From: Obrimoposthia wandeli
Lineage: Eukaryota
DNA: 64,000 nucleotides
Assembly: GCA_977020255.1 (NCBI GenBank)
Contig: CDROCS010000253.1
Span: 62,001 to 126,000, forward strand
Reading direction: 5' to 3'
Positions 1 to 10,083 of the stretch are shown here, piece after piece. The stretch's first letter is position 1; every line of letters begins with the position of its first letter. The notes beneath the pieces are model-generated. The model had not been told where the DNA came from. It searched no databases and saw only the letters and a list, made by a program, of their open reading frames with translations. The translations under genes and the position numbers were made by a program.

Positions 1-1
1 C

Positions 2-154
2 GATATACTAGCTCATTACCACGCCGATGATGGTAGTTGTGTCATTCAAGCAATATTAGCAAATGATGGTGACCTACCTTCAATGCGTATTGCTTCTCAA
101 GCTGATTCCGTAGTGACAAATCAGACATTACCTTATACCCTTACTGCTAAATAA
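2..154 (+). CDS. ygfZ: 3' end of a gene entering the window, probably folate-binding Fe-S/tRNA-modification protein YgfZ
   Basis: Frame 2 is open from base 2 to TAA at 152-154 (DILAHYHADDGSCVIQAILANDGDL...TLPYTLTAK). The terminal LPYxL resembles the YgfZ C-terminus. Partial, so the assignment is tentative. Confidence 0.55.
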   Translation, partial: DILAHYHADDGSCVIQAILANDGDLPSMRIASQADSVVTNQTLPYTLTAK

Positions 155-202
155 ACTCTTGCAGCTAAATAAGCTCAAATTTTAAAATCATTAGGATAAA
201 AC

Positions 203-694
203 ATGAAAATAGCTAAAAATAATGTCGTTGTTATGCATTATGCAGTATCTGACAGCGAAGGCACTTTAATTGATAGCTCGTACGAAGATAAACCAATGGC
301 TATTATCCAAGGTTCTGGATATTTAATTCCTGGTTTAGATGATGCCCTTATCGATCACGAAGCTGGCGATAAATTTGAAGTTGCAGTGGCTTGTGAACAA
401 GCTTACGGTGAACGTCATGATGATTATGTTCAAACGGTTCCTAGAGAAGTACTTGCTGGTGTTGAAGATCTATCTCTTGGTACACAGCTACGTGCAACAA
501 CTGATGATGGCGAACAAACGGTTATTGTTATTGACGTGCAAGATGATGTTATTACCGTTGACGGTAACCACCCACTTTCAGGTTTAGACTTAAGTTTTGA
601 CGTTGAAGTTATCGAAGTACGTGAAGCCACAGCTGATGAACTTGAACATGGACACGTTCACAGTGAAGGCGGTTGTGGTCACGACCACTCATAA
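203..694 (+). CDS. slyD: FKBP-type peptidyl-prolyl isomerase / metallochaperone SlyD
   Basis: FKBP fold motifs (AYGE, VDGNHPLSGLDLSFDVEV) and a His/Cys-rich tail EHGHVHSEGGCGHDHS. Confidence 0.95.
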   Translation: MKIAKNNVVVMHYAVSDSEGTLIDSSYEDKPMAIIQGSGYLIPGLDDALIDHEAGDKFEVAVACEQAYGERHDDYVQTVPREVLAGVEDLSLGTQLRATTDDGEQTVIVIDVQDDVITVDGNHPLSGLDLSFDVEVIEVREATADELEHGHVHSEGGCGHDHS

Positions 695-737
695 ACCTTT
701 CTGATTAGTTTGTATAATTCTACAAAATATTGAACAT

Positions 738-776
738 AAAAAAACGTAACCTTAGACGTAAGGTTACGTTTTTTTT
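738..776. terminator. Bidirectional intrinsic terminator between slyD and recA
   Basis: A7-CGTAACCTTA-gacg-TAAGGTTACG-T8 between convergent genes. Confidence 0.85.
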
Positions 777-820
777 CGCTGAGTTTTTAGCTAAGTATTA
801 TTAATAAAAACTCGTGCTAA

Positions 821-1852
821 TTATTCAGTTACTGCTTCTTCTTTTTTATCTTCAGTCACTACATCTTTTGATAAAAACATATCGCGTAGTTTAGTATCAA
901 CATCTTTAGCCATGTCCGGATGTTCATCTAAATATTTCGCCGCATTCGCTTTACCTTGACCGATTCGTTCACCATTACAGCTATACCAAGCACCCGCTTT
1001 TTCTACAAAACCATGCTTAACGCCTAGTTCAATTAACTCACCTAAGTTGTTAATTCCTTCGCCGTATAAAATTTGGAATTCAGCTTGTTTAAACGGTGGT
1101 GCGATTTTGTTTTTGACTACTTTCACACGTGTTTCATTACCAACGATTTCATCACCGTTTTTAACTGCGCCAATACGACGGATGTCTAAACGTACTGAAG
1201 CGTAGAATTTTAAGGCATTACCACCGGTAGTCGTTTCTGGGCTACCGAACATAACACCAATTTTCATACGAATTTGGTTAATGAAAATAAGCATGGTATT
1301 TGATTTTTTCAAATTACCGGTAAGCTTACGCATCGCTTGAGACAACATACGTGCTTGCAAGCCCATATGTGAATCACCCATATCGCCTTCAATTTCAGCT
1401 TTAGGGGTAAGCGCGGCAACAGAGTCGACCACAATAACGTCGATAGCACCAGAGCGCGTTAACATATCAACAATTTCTAATGCTTGTTCACCGGTATCAG
1501 GTTGAGATATTAATAATTCATTAATGTTAACACCTAATTTTTCAGCGTAAACCGGGTCAAGGGCATGCTCTGCATCAATAAAGGCACAAACTTTACCATT
1601 GCGTTGTGCTTCAGCAATAACTTCTAAGGTTAGCGTTGTTTTACCGCTCGATTCAGGACCATAAATTTCAACAACACGACCCATTGGTAAGCCGCCAGCA
1701 CCTAAGGCTATATCTAAGCCTAATGAACCCGTAGAAATAGTTTCTACATCCATGGTGGTATTATCACCAAGCTTCATTATTGAACCTTTACCGAATTGAC
1801 GTTCAATTTGGGCTAAGGCCGCTGATAGTGCTTTTTCTTTATCGTCTTTCAT
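821..1852 (-). CDS. recA: Recombinase RecA
   Basis: Walker [47 protein letters not shown]-like [25 protein letters not shown]. Confidence 0.99.
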   Translation of the reverse strand: MKDDKEKALSAALAQIERQFGKGSIMKLGDNTTMDVETISTGSLGLDIALGAGGLPMGRVVEIYGPESSGKTTLTLEVIAEAQRNGKVCAFIDAEHALDPVYAEKLGVNINELLISQPDTGEQALEIVDMLTRSGAIDVIVVDSVAALTPKAEIEGDMGDSHMGLQARMLSQAMRKLTGNLKKSNTMLIFINQIRMKIGVMFGSPETTTGGNALKFYASVRLDIRRIGAVKNGDEIVGNETRVKVVKNKIAPPFKQAEFQILYGEGINNLGELIELGVKHGFVEKAGAWYSCNGERIGQGKANAAKYLDEHPDMAKDVDTKLRDMFLSKDVVTEDKKEEAVTE

Positions 1853-1900
1853 AGATTACTCCGCGAGCAGTTGTGTTATTTCGTTTTGATGAGACAAGTA

Positions 1901-1920
1901 TACTGTAAGTTCGTACAGTA
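1901..1920 (-). promoter_or_regulatory. LexA (SOS) box upstream of recA
   Basis: TACTGTAAGTTCGTACAGTA = TA-CTG-N10-CAG-TA, about 50 bp upstream of the recA start. Confidence 0.85.
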
Positions 1921-2124
1921 TCAAGTTTTATTATAACTTTTTTTATTTTAAATAAAAAAACAGCAAACCGTTACTTTTAGTCAATTGAAAAATAAGGAAT
2001 AAAGAAACAATAGTAACTTTTACAACTTAACAAGAAAAAAGTTACTTTTCTATTTTATACCGATAAACAACTCCGATTACACAGTACTTTATTAACGATG
2101 AATATTACAATTTAATAGAGAGTA

Positions 2125-3033
2125 CTAAGGTGCTAATTTTTCACGAGCAATACTTACTATTTGTTCTGATATTTTTTTATTAACCCCTTTTACCAGTACC
2201 CAACTATGCCAATACAAGGTTTCTACCAACTCCTTGTCAGGACATAAACTTATTAAGTGACCTGTGCTTAATTCTTGCTCGATTTGTAATTTGGGTAACA
2301 AGCAATAAGCTACCCCTTGTTTGGCTAACGCGACGAAGGCTTCTGATGAACGAACACTGTGACAATAATATTCACTGGCTGCTAAACTAAAATGTTTTGC
2401 AATATAACGTACATGCATATCATCCTTATGATCATAACTTATCGCTGGCGCCATCTTTAATGAGTTTTGGTTCACCCCTGCTGGAAAGTATTTTTTCGCA
2501 AAACCTTTACTGGCCACCAAACAATATTCCATCTCACCAAGCTTAAAGGAGCGATAACCTTTTAAGGGCTTTTCAATAACACTTACCGCGCCAATTGCTT
2601 CTCCGCTTCGTAACTTATCTAACGTTCTTTCTTCATGTTCAATAATTAAATTCAATTCTACTAAGTGATTTTTAAGTACTGGCGTAATTGCATCAATAAA
2701 CCAAGTAGCAATACTATCCGCATTAACCGCTAGTGAGATTTTCATCGGTTTAATTGGTTCCTCAGGAGATAATAGCGGTACTAATTCATGTTCAAGTTGT
2801 TTCACTTTTTTAAAGTGACTTAGTAATTGTTCACCTGCTGGTGTCGCGACAATGGGTTGATTACGAATAAGAACCGGTTGTCCAACATGCTCCTCTAACG
2901 CTTTAATGCGTTGAGATATTGCTGATTGTGAAATGAATAATTTTTGTGCCGCCAATTCGAAGCTTTGTAATTCGATAACTTCAGCCAGCGCAGCAAGAAG
3001 TTTATAGTCAAAATTTGCCATAACCCCACACAA
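2125..3033 (-). CDS. argP: LysR-family regulator ArgP/IciA
   Basis: LysR HTH (SFELAAQKLFISQSAISQRIKALEE), LAVNADSIATWF and LYWHSW motifs, divergent from a LysE/ArgO gene. Start may be ATG at 3021. Confidence 0.85.
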   Translation of the reverse strand: MCGVMANFDYKLLAALAEVIELQSFELAAQKLFISQSAISQRIKALEEHVGQPVLIRNQPIVATPAGEQLLSHFKKVKQLEHELVPLLSPEEPIKPMKISLAVNADSIATWFIDAITPVLKNHLVELNLIIEHEERTLDKLRSGEAIGAVSVIEKPLKGYRSFKLGEMEYCLVASKGFAKKYFPAGVNQNSLKMAPAISYDHKDDMHVRYIAKHFSLAASEYYCHSVRSSEAFVALAKQGVAYCLLPKLQIEQELSTGHLISLCPDKELVETLYWHSWVLVKGVNKKISEQIVSIAREKLAP

Positions 3034-3142
3034 TCCTCATAAGTTTTACTAATGATAGTTAATTATTATTAATTATATTTAAATAGAGGATTAATGCAAA
3101 CTAGCGCTTATCAAATTTACAGACTATTTATCGAGTACCATT

Positions 3143-3763
3143 ATGAGCTTATTAGTTTTAGCAAAAGGTTTTACCCTAACATTAAGCATGATCATGCCTA
3201 TTGGCACACAAAACTCAATGCTAATCAATCAAGGTATTCATCAAAATCATCATAAAATGACCGCCGCTCTTTTTGTACTTTACGATGCTTTATTAATAAG
3301 TATGGGCGTACTTGGTGGCAGTATTTTATTGTCACATAACGCTACATTATTCAATATGCTCACTTGGGGTGGTATCGTGTTTTTAAGTGTTTATGGCTTG
3401 ATGTCAATGAGGTCTGCTTTTGTGCAAAGCAAGAATACTGCTGATACTGTTTTGAAAAAGAAATCAGCAAAGATTATTTTTTTAACAACTTTAGCGGTTA
3501 CTTTTTTAAACCCACATGCTTACATTGATACCGTTATGGTTATTGGCAGTGTCGGCGGACAGTATTCAGATGAAGTCAAAATATACTTCCTTATCGGTTG
3601 TATTTTTGGCTCATTAACATGGTTTAGTTGTTTAGCCTTTGGCGCGGCTAAACTTTCAAAGCAGTTAAGCCGACCAAAAGTAAAAATGACCATAGATATA
3701 ATTATTGCCTTAGTCATGTGGTTAATTGCTTGGTCACTGTTTACTACATGGATGGCTAGATAA
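3143..3763 (+). CDS. argO: LysE/ArgO-family amino-acid exporter
   Basis: MPIGTQNSMLINQGI and TFLNPHAYIDTVMVIGS motifs, hydrophobic, divergent from argP. Confidence 0.75.
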   Translation: MSLLVLAKGFTLTLSMIMPIGTQNSMLINQGIHQNHHKMTAALFVLYDALLISMGVLGGSILLSHNATLFNMLTWGGIVFLSVYGLMSMRSAFVQSKNTADTVLKKKSAKIIFLTTLAVTFLNPHAYIDTVMVIGSVGGQYSDEVKIYFLIGCIFGSLTWFSCLAFGAAKLSKQLSRPKVKMTIDIIIALVMWLIAWSLFTTWMAR

Positions 3764-3883
3764 CTACAGCAGCTCGGAATAATTATTAAAAAGTGAAGAA
3801 ATGCTAATACGGCTTATGGCATAATCTAGGGATAATTACCTCCTAGTATAAAGCTAGTAATAACATAAGAGTTTTAGCATTTC

Positions 3884-6520
3884 ATGACGACTGCCACAAA
3901 AGATCTTTCTTCACATACCCCTATGATGCGCCAGTACTTAACTATTAAGGCTGAATTTCCACATACTTTGATCTTTTATCGCATGGGCGATTTCTATGAG
4001 CTATTTTTTGACGATGCCAAAAAAGCCTCTGACTTATTAGATATTTCACTTACCGCTCGAGGTAAAACCGGTGGTAATGCTATTCCAATGGCGGGTGTGC
4101 CATATCATGCCGCTGAAAACTACTTAGCGAAGCTAGTCGCTTTAGGTGAATCAGTCGCTATTTGTGAGCAAATTGGTGATCCTGCCACCAGTAAAGGTCC
4201 AGTTGAGCGCAAAGTAGTACGTGTTATCACCCCAGGTACGGTTAGTGATGAAGCACTGCTAGCCGATAGACAAGATAATCTCATTGTTGCCATCGTCGAT
4301 AATCAATCACCGCAAGCAAAGCTAAAAACAAGCTCAGCCCCTGCCTTTGGTCTTGCTTATTTAGATATGGCCAGTGGCCGATTTGTACTAACTGAGCCAC
4401 AAACCAATGAACAACTTCAAGCTGAACTACAACGCCTATCTCCTGCTGAATTACTTTATAGTGAATCTATACAGGACTTTAGCTTAATAGAGAACAGAAA
4501 AGGTTTACGTCGTCGCCCAGAGTGGGAATTTGATCTTGATACCGCCATTAGCTTATTGAACAAGCAGTTTAACACCAAAGAGTTAACTGGCTTTGGCGTT
4601 GATGATAAACCTTTAGGCTTGGCTGCTGCCGGTTGTTTATTTCAATATGTTAAAGATACCCAACGCACTGCCCTGCCTCATATTCGCGCCATTATCTGTG
4701 AATCTGCCAATAAAGGCGTGGTACTCGATGCCGCCACTAGACGTAATTTAGAGCTAACCCAAAACTTACATGGCGGTTTAGATAATACCCTTGCCGCTAT
4801 TTTAGATAAATCATCGACGCCAATGGGATCGCGTTTACTTAAACGTTGGTTACACTTCCCCTTACGGGATTTAACGGTGCTTAATAACCGTCAAAATACG
4901 GTAAGTGATATTATCGCGTTAGATCTGATCACGCCAATTCAACCATTATTAAAAGGCTTAGGCGACATTGAACGTATTGTTTCAAGAATCGCCTTAGGCT
5001 CTGCACGACCTAGAGATTTTGCTCGTTTACGTCATGCGCTACAGCAACTGCCAGAGTTACAGGATGAATTAAAAAGTGAATTAACAGAACTCCACACTAG
5101 CGACTCAAGCACTAACTACTTAGCCACTATTGCACAGCAAAGTCAGCCAATGCCTCAACTACAAAACTTGTTAGAACATGCCATTGTTGAAAACCCACCC
5201 GTATTAATACGTGATGGCGGTGTTATCGCACCCGGTTATAATAGCGAGCTCGATGTACTGCGTGATTTAAGTGATGGTGCTACTGAATTTTTAGCACAGC
5301 TTGAGCTACGTGAAAAAGAACGAACTGGCATTCATTCTTTGAAAGTTGGCTATAACAGAGTGCATGGCTTTTTTATTGAAATGAGTCGCACCGCAGCAGT
5401 TGATGCGCCTGATGATTATATTCGTCGTCAAACATTAAAAAATAATGAACGTTTTATTACCGAAGAATTAAAGCAACATGAAGAGAAAGTACTTAGCGCT
5501 CAAAGTAAATTTTTAGCCTTAGAGAAATCACTCTATCAAGAACTATTCGACAGAGTATTGCCTGATTTAGCGCAACTGCAGCAATTAAGCCAAGCTATCG
5601 CTGAGCTCGATGTGTTAACCACCTTCGCAGAGCGTGCATTAGCGTTAAACTATGTAAAACCTAACTTAGTTGAAGAGCCGGGCATAAGCATTGATGCTGG
5701 TCGCCATGTTGTCGTTGAGCAAATGACTAATGATGCCTTTATCGCTAATCCTGTGTTGTTAACAGAGCAACGTAAAATGTTGATTATTACTGGTCCAAAT
5801 ATGGGCGGTAAATCTACCTATATGCGTCAAACAGCTTTAATCGTTCTACTTGCTCATATCGGTTGTTACGTACCTGCTGACAATGCAACGATAGGCTTAG
5901 TTGATAGAATATTTACCCGCATTGGTGCTTCCGATGACTTGGCCAGTGGCCGTTCAACCTTTATGGTCGAAATGACTGAAACTGCAAACATCTTACATAA
6001 CGCTACAGATAAAAGTTTAGTACTACTTGATGAGATTGGTCGAGGTACCAGTACCTATGATGGCTTATCACTGGCTTGGGCATGTGCAGAAATGTTAGCA
6101 CTTAAAACCAAGGCCTTTACTTTATTCGCTACCCATTACTTTGAGCTGACTATGCTTGCCGAGCAGATCCCAAGCTTAGCCAATGTTCACTTAGATGCTA
6201 TGGAACATGACGATAACATCGTCTTTATGCATGCGGTACAAGAAGGAGCGGCTAGCAAAAGTTTTGGTTTGCAAGTAGCACAATTGGCCGGCGTACCAAA
6301 AATGGTGATAAAGCGTGCTAAACAAAGATTAAGTGAGTTAGAGCAACAGCAAACTCCAACGTTACTCCCTGCAACACCTGTACAAAGTGATGCCTTTGAG
6401 CAACTTAGTTTCGCTTCAAATGAGCATCCGGCAATAACAACGCTTATTGATACCGACGTTAATGAGTTAAGCCCGAGACAGGCACTTGATTTATTGTTTG
6501 CCTTAAAAGAACAGCTGTAG
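3884..6520 (+). CDS. mutS: DNA mismatch repair protein MutS
   Basis: [54 protein letters not shown]. Confidence 0.98.
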   Translation: MTTATKDLSSHTPMMRQYLTIKAEFPHTLIFYRMGDFYELFFDDAKKASDLLDISLTARGKTGGNAIPMAGVPYHAAENYLAKLVALGESVAICEQIGDPATSKGPVERKVVRVITPGTVSDEALLADRQDNLIVAIVDNQSPQAKLKTSSAPAFGLAYLDMASGRFVLTEPQTNEQLQAELQRLSPAELLYSESIQDFSLIENRKGLRRRPEWEFDLDTAISLLNKQFNTKELTGFGVDDKPLGLAAAGCLFQYVKDTQRTALPHIRAIICESANKGVVLDAATRRNLELTQNLHGGLDNTLAAILDKSSTPMGSRLLKRWLHFPLRDLTVLNNRQNTVSDIIALDLITPIQPLLKGLGDIERIVSRIALGSARPRDFARLRHALQQLPELQDELKSELTELHTSDSSTNYLATIAQQSQPMPQLQNLLEHAIVENPPVLIRDGGVIAPGYNSELDVLRDLSDGATEFLAQLELREKERTGIHSLKVGYNRVHGFFIEMSRTAAVDAPDDYIRRQTLKNNERFITEELKQHEEKVLSAQSKFLALEKSLYQELFDRVLPDLAQLQQLSQAIAELDVLTTFAERALALNYVKPNLVEEPGISIDAGRHVVVEQMTNDAFIANPVLLTEQRKMLIITGPNMGGKSTYMRQTALIVLLAHIGCYVPADNATIGLVDRIFTRIGASDDLASGRSTFMVEMTETANILHNATDKSLVLLDEIGRGTSTYDGLSLAWACAEMLALKTKAFTLFATHYFELTMLAEQIPSLANVHLDAMEHDDNIVFMHAVQEGAASKSFGLQVAQLAGVPKMVIKRAKQRLSELEQQQTPTLLPATPVQSDAFEQLSFASNEHPAITTLIDTDVNELSPRQALDLLFALKEQL

Positions 6521-6533
6521 TAATTCACTAATG

Positions 6534-6564
6534 AGTCAGTTGAGTTATGAAAACTCAACTGACT
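6534..6564. repeat. Perfect 13-bp stem-loop just after the mutS stop
   Basis: AGTCAGTTGAGTT-atgaa-AACTCAACTGACT. No U-tract on either side. Confidence 0.6.
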
Positions 6565-6636
6565 GTAATGTCGTTAATTTTTCTTATAGTAATAACTATA
6601 TAAACTAAGGCTTCAGAAACGAAGGCTGCAGAAACG

Positions 6637-6670
6637 AAAAAACCCTCAGCAGTATTAGTGCTGAGGGTTT
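6637..6670 (-). terminator. Intrinsic terminator for the minus-strand tRNA-Phe
   Basis: AAACCCTCAGCA-gtattag-TGCTGAGGGTTT, followed by a T6 tract on the minus strand. Confidence 0.75.
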
Positions 6671-6680
6671 CGTCTTTTTA

Positions 6681-6756
6681 TGGTGCCCCGACCCGGATTT
6701 GAACCAGGGACACGAGGATTTTCAATCCTCTGCTCTACCAACTGAGCTATCGGGGC
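6681..6756 (-). tRNA. tRNA-Phe (GAA)
   Basis: Reverse complement reads GCCCCGATAGCTCAGTTGGTAGAGCAGAGGATTGAAAATCCTCGTGTCCCTGGTTCAAATCCGGGTCGGGGCACCA: 76 nt, cloverleaf, encoded CCA. Confidence 0.98.
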
Positions 6757-6791
6757 ATTCTTTATTGAGTGGAACTCCCTAAAGAGCGCGT

Positions 6792-6820
6792 ATAATATAG
6801 TTAAATATTATCAGTAGCAA
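6792..6820 (-). promoter_or_regulatory. sigma70 promoter with GC-rich discriminator for tRNA-Phe
   Basis: Minus strand TTGCTA-17 bp-TATTAT-ACGCGCTC. Confidence 0.6.
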
Positions 6821-6923
6821 CCGTTTTATAATAAATATCGCATTAAAAATGATTTTTTTTGATAATGGTTAATTAACAAACTGTTAAACGATTTAAAGTG
6901 CCTTTATCACAGGGTAAGAGTAA

Positions 6924-7256
6924 TTAAAGCTCAAAATCACTAAAGTCTAAGTCGGTATTTGATGCTGTGTTAGTTTTACTTAGGGAATCAAGTAAAGAGG
7001 GCTGCATATCAGCTTCACTTTCTTCTGTAGTGGGCTTTTGTGCTTTATTGGTATTATCTGCAGTACTTTGTTGATTCTTCTTGCGCTTCTTCCGTTGAAT
7101 ACAGCGTTTGATGATTTTTTGTTTTTCATCATTACTAAAGTTTTTCCAGTCTTGTCGTTCACCACGCGAGCGCATGCAACCTAGACAGTGACCTTTCACA
7201 TCAGACTCGCAAATGCCAATACAAGGGCTAGGAACGTCAAAAAACTCTAATTGCAT
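6924..7256 (-). CDS. DUF1289-family small Cys-rich protein
   Basis: VPSPCIGIC...GHCLGCMRSRGERQDW pattern and LDFSDFEL tail. Confidence 0.75.
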   Translation of the reverse strand: MQLEFFDVPSPCIGICESDVKGHCLGCMRSRGERQDWKNFSNDEKQKIIKRCIQRKKRKKNQQSTADNTNKAQKPTTEESEADMQPSLLDSLSKTNTASNTDLDFSDFEL

Positions 7257-7432
7257 TTAACCCCCACTAATACCACTAGAAAAAAAACTAAAAAAATGCG
7301 CTGTAAGTTAATACCAACCCGCATAAGAAAGTGCTCACTCAGCGAGAATTTCTTTATCCAGATTAGTATAAGTATAACTTATCAACGCATTTTTTATAAT
7401 AGCTAGCTTAACTAGTTAATTTACATACTAAT

Positions 7433-8962
7433 TTATGATAACTTATCACTAGCAATATGATAATCAGGGTCTTCAATTATATTAAGCTCTACTAATTTAT
7501 CCGCCTTGTCTAACAATTCTTTACACTCTTTATTTAAGTGCTTCAAATGCATATTTTTGTTACGCGATAAGTAACGCTCAGCCAAAGTATCAATTGCTTC
7601 AATGGCAGAGTGGTCAACAACACGGGCATTTTTGAATTCGACAATAACATCATTACTGTCGTCTTCTGGTGTAAATTGCTCTAGGAAATTAGCGATTGAA
7701 CCGAAAAATATTGGACCACTCACTTCATATACTGTTGAACCATCTTCATTAACACTACGCTGAACGGCAATATGTTTCGCATGCTCCCAAGCAAAAACTA
7801 ATGCTGAGACAATAACACCAACAATTACGGCAACAGCCAAATCTGAATAAACGGTAACTCCGGACACCAGTAGAATAACAAACGCATCTGCTTTAGGTAC
7901 TTTGCTTAAAATACGAAGACTTGACCATTCAAAAGTACCAATAACGACAATAAACATTACGCCAACCAATGCTGCCAGAGGTATCTGTTCAATTAAGCCA
8001 GAAGCAAATAATATAAAGCCTAATAAAGCTAACGCTGCAGTAATGCCTGATGCTCTACCGCGCCCACCTGAGTTTACGTTGATCATAGACTGACCTATCA
8101 TCGCACAACCACCCATACCGCCAAAGAAGCCTGTAACTGTGTTCGCTGCACCTTGAGCAATACACTCTTTATTACTGCGACCACGTGTACCCGTTAATTC
8201 ATCAATTAAGGTGAGTGTTAACAAAGACTCAATCAGACCTATTGCTGCAAGCACTAAAGCAAAAGGAAGAATGATTTTAAAGGTTTCGAATGAGAAAGGT
8301 ACGTCTGGAATAGAGAACGTAGGTAAACCGCCGGCAATTGAAGCGGCATCACCAACAAGTTTAGTATCAAGACCGGTAGCAAAAACTAATAACGATACAC
8401 CCACAATAGCAATAAGCGTAGAAGGTACTGCTTTAGTCAATTTAGGGAAGAAGTGTATGATTGCCATGGTCAAAAGGATCAAACCTGCCATGGTAAATAA
8501 TGGCGTACCTTGCATCCATTCAAGCTCACCTGCCGCGTTAGTTACTTTAAATTGCCCTAATTGGGCTAAGAAGATAACGATTGCTAAACCATTAACAAAA
8601 CCTAGCATTACCGGATGTGGAACTAGGCGAATAAACTTACCTAATTTAAATATCCCCGCCGTAATTTGCAGTAGACCCGTGAGCACCACAGTAGCAAATA
8701 GATACTCAACACCGTGAATGGCAACTAAGCTTACCATTACAACAGCCATAGCACCTGTGGCACCAGAAATCATTCCCGGTCGACCACCGAAAATAGCAGT
8801 AATTAAACCGACCATAAAAGCAGCATATAAACCAACTAAGGGTTCTACGCCAGCAACAAAGGCAAAAGCTACTGCTTCAGGTACAAGTGCTAACGCAACT
8901 GTTAGACCTGATAACACATCATTTTTCAAGTTAGACACTTTACTAGCGTGTAATTCAAACAT
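7433..8962 (-). CDS. SulP/SLC26-family inorganic anion transporter with STAS domain
   Basis: [44 protein letters not shown]-terminal GPIFFGS...[12 protein letters not shown]. Confidence 0.9.
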   Translation of the reverse strand: MFELHASKVSNLKNDVLSGLTVALALVPEAVAFAFVAGVEPLVGLYAAFMVGLITAIFGGRPGMISGATGAMAVVMVSLVAIHGVEYLFATVVLTGLLQITAGIFKLGKFIRLVPHPVMLGFVNGLAIVIFLAQLGQFKVTNAAGELEWMQGTPLFTMAGLILLTMAIIHFFPKLTKAVPSTLIAIVGVSLLVFATGLDTKLVGDAASIAGGLPTFSIPDVPFSFETFKIILPFALVLAAIGLIESLLTLTLIDELTGTRGRSNKECIAQGAANTVTGFFGGMGGCAMIGQSMINVNSGGRGRASGITAALALLGFILFASGLIEQIPLAALVGVMFIVVIGTFEWSSLRILSKVPKADAFVILLVSGVTVYSDLAVAVIVGVIVSALVFAWEHAKHIAVQRSVNEDGSTVYEVSGPIFFGSIANFLEQFTPEDDSNDVIVEFKNARVVDHSAIEAIDTLAERYLSRNKNMHLKHLNKECKELLDKADKLVELNIIEDPDYHIASDKLS

Positions 8963-9110
8963 TTTTATCTCATTGGGTTTATCGCTAACAGTTAACTTTT
9001 TAAGTTAACTCATTGGCGAATACGAATTGGCGAGCATGTTTTATTTAGTCTTAATTAACATTAAGCATAGATAAAAATAAGCAAGTTTTATGTGATTTTG
9101 AGGGGCGTGA

Positions 9111-9139
9111 ATACTATAGAAATAGAGAGGAAAAGTCAA
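9111..9139 (-). promoter_or_regulatory. Candidate sigma70 promoter of the SulP gene
   Basis: Minus strand TTGACT-17 bp-TAGTAT-tCACGCCCC. Confidence 0.5.
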
Positions 9140-9177
9140 TATCTGCTTACTTTTACAACATAAGTAAGCAACTTAAC

Positions 9178-9223
9178 GACCGGCCGTCTGAAAGACTTGG
9201 GGTTTCACCCAACCGGTCAGACG
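9178..9223. repeat. GC-rich nested inverted-repeat element (REP-like) 3' of the GntR gene
   Basis: CGTCTGA(9185-91)/TCAGACG(9217-23), TTGGG/CCCAA inner stem, alternative GACCGG(9178-83)/CCGGTC(9213-18). Confidence 0.4.
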
Positions 9224-9248
9224 AATAAACTTCGCGCTAACAGATAAA

Positions 9249-9917
9249 TTAAATATTAGCTGCTTCGCGTTGTTCTAAAAAGGCTTTTATTTCATCTCTA
9301 GAACTTAGAATATGATGTTTTAATACGGCAACAGCTTCATCTATATCACCTGTTTTACAAAAGGCTAATAGCTGATTGTGCTCAGGCCCAGCTTTTGAAA
9401 TACCACCCGCCCACAATAAGTGCATGCGAATATACCGATCAGCATTTTTATTTAGGGTGTTAACTAAATCTTGCGTTTGTGGCCTGTTAGCCGCTGAATA
9501 TAAGCAATTATGGTAACGAGAGTTAAGTTCACTCCAAGTATTTGCCGCATTTTCCTTACCAAGCGCTTTATCTAATTGCGCTAAAATATCACTTGCTTCA
9601 GCTAATTTCTCACTGGTCAATAATGGTAATGAGGCTGCTAATAAATTACCTTCAAGCATTGCTCGTAACTCAAAAAGTTCTGCAACATGTTTAGCGTTAA
9701 GCTCTGTTACTGTAGCGCCTTTGTGCGGTTCAAAGACCACTAATCCCTCACCTTCAAGCTGAAGCAAAGCTTCTCTTACTGGGATACGACTCACATTTAA
9801 CTCGGTCGCTAACGCCGCTTGTCGAAGTGATTCACCCGCCTTCAACTCTCCGCTAAGGATTTTCTCTCTAAGCGTTTCAACCACTAACTGCGTTCTTGTT
9901 TTATATACTATAGTCAT
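9249..9917 (-). CDS. GntR-family (FCD) transcriptional regulator
   Basis: LRQAALATELNVSRIPVREALLQLEGEGLV HTH and FCD C-terminus. ATG at 9917 preferred over the longer ORF start at 9974. Confidence 0.9.
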   Translation of the reverse strand: MTIVYKTRTQLVVETLREKILSGELKAGESLRQAALATELNVSRIPVREALLQLEGEGLVVFEPHKGATVTELNAKHVAELFELRAMLEGNLLAASLPLLTSEKLAEASDILAQLDKALGKENAANTWSELNSRYHNCLYSAANRPQTQDLVNTLNKNADRYIRMHLLWAGGISKAGPEHNQLLAFCKTGDIDEAVAVLKHHILSSRDEIKAFLEQREAANI

Positions 9918-10005
9918 AAAATTATTCCGAACAATATTAGCAACGATGATTAATGAGTCAGTAGTATACACCATTAAAAATGTACTTTTACCGTTTAAGT
10001 TATCT

Positions 10006-10034
10006 AAAAAACGGCAGAAAAATCATCTGCCGTT
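10006..10034 (-). terminator. Intrinsic terminator of the protease gene
   Basis: AACGGCAGA-aaaatca-TCTGCCGTT with a T-tract on the minus strand. Confidence 0.7.
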
Positions 10035-10083
10035 GTTACTTCGGTTAGCTTGAATAAGTATTATCGCTAACGATTAACGAAAG

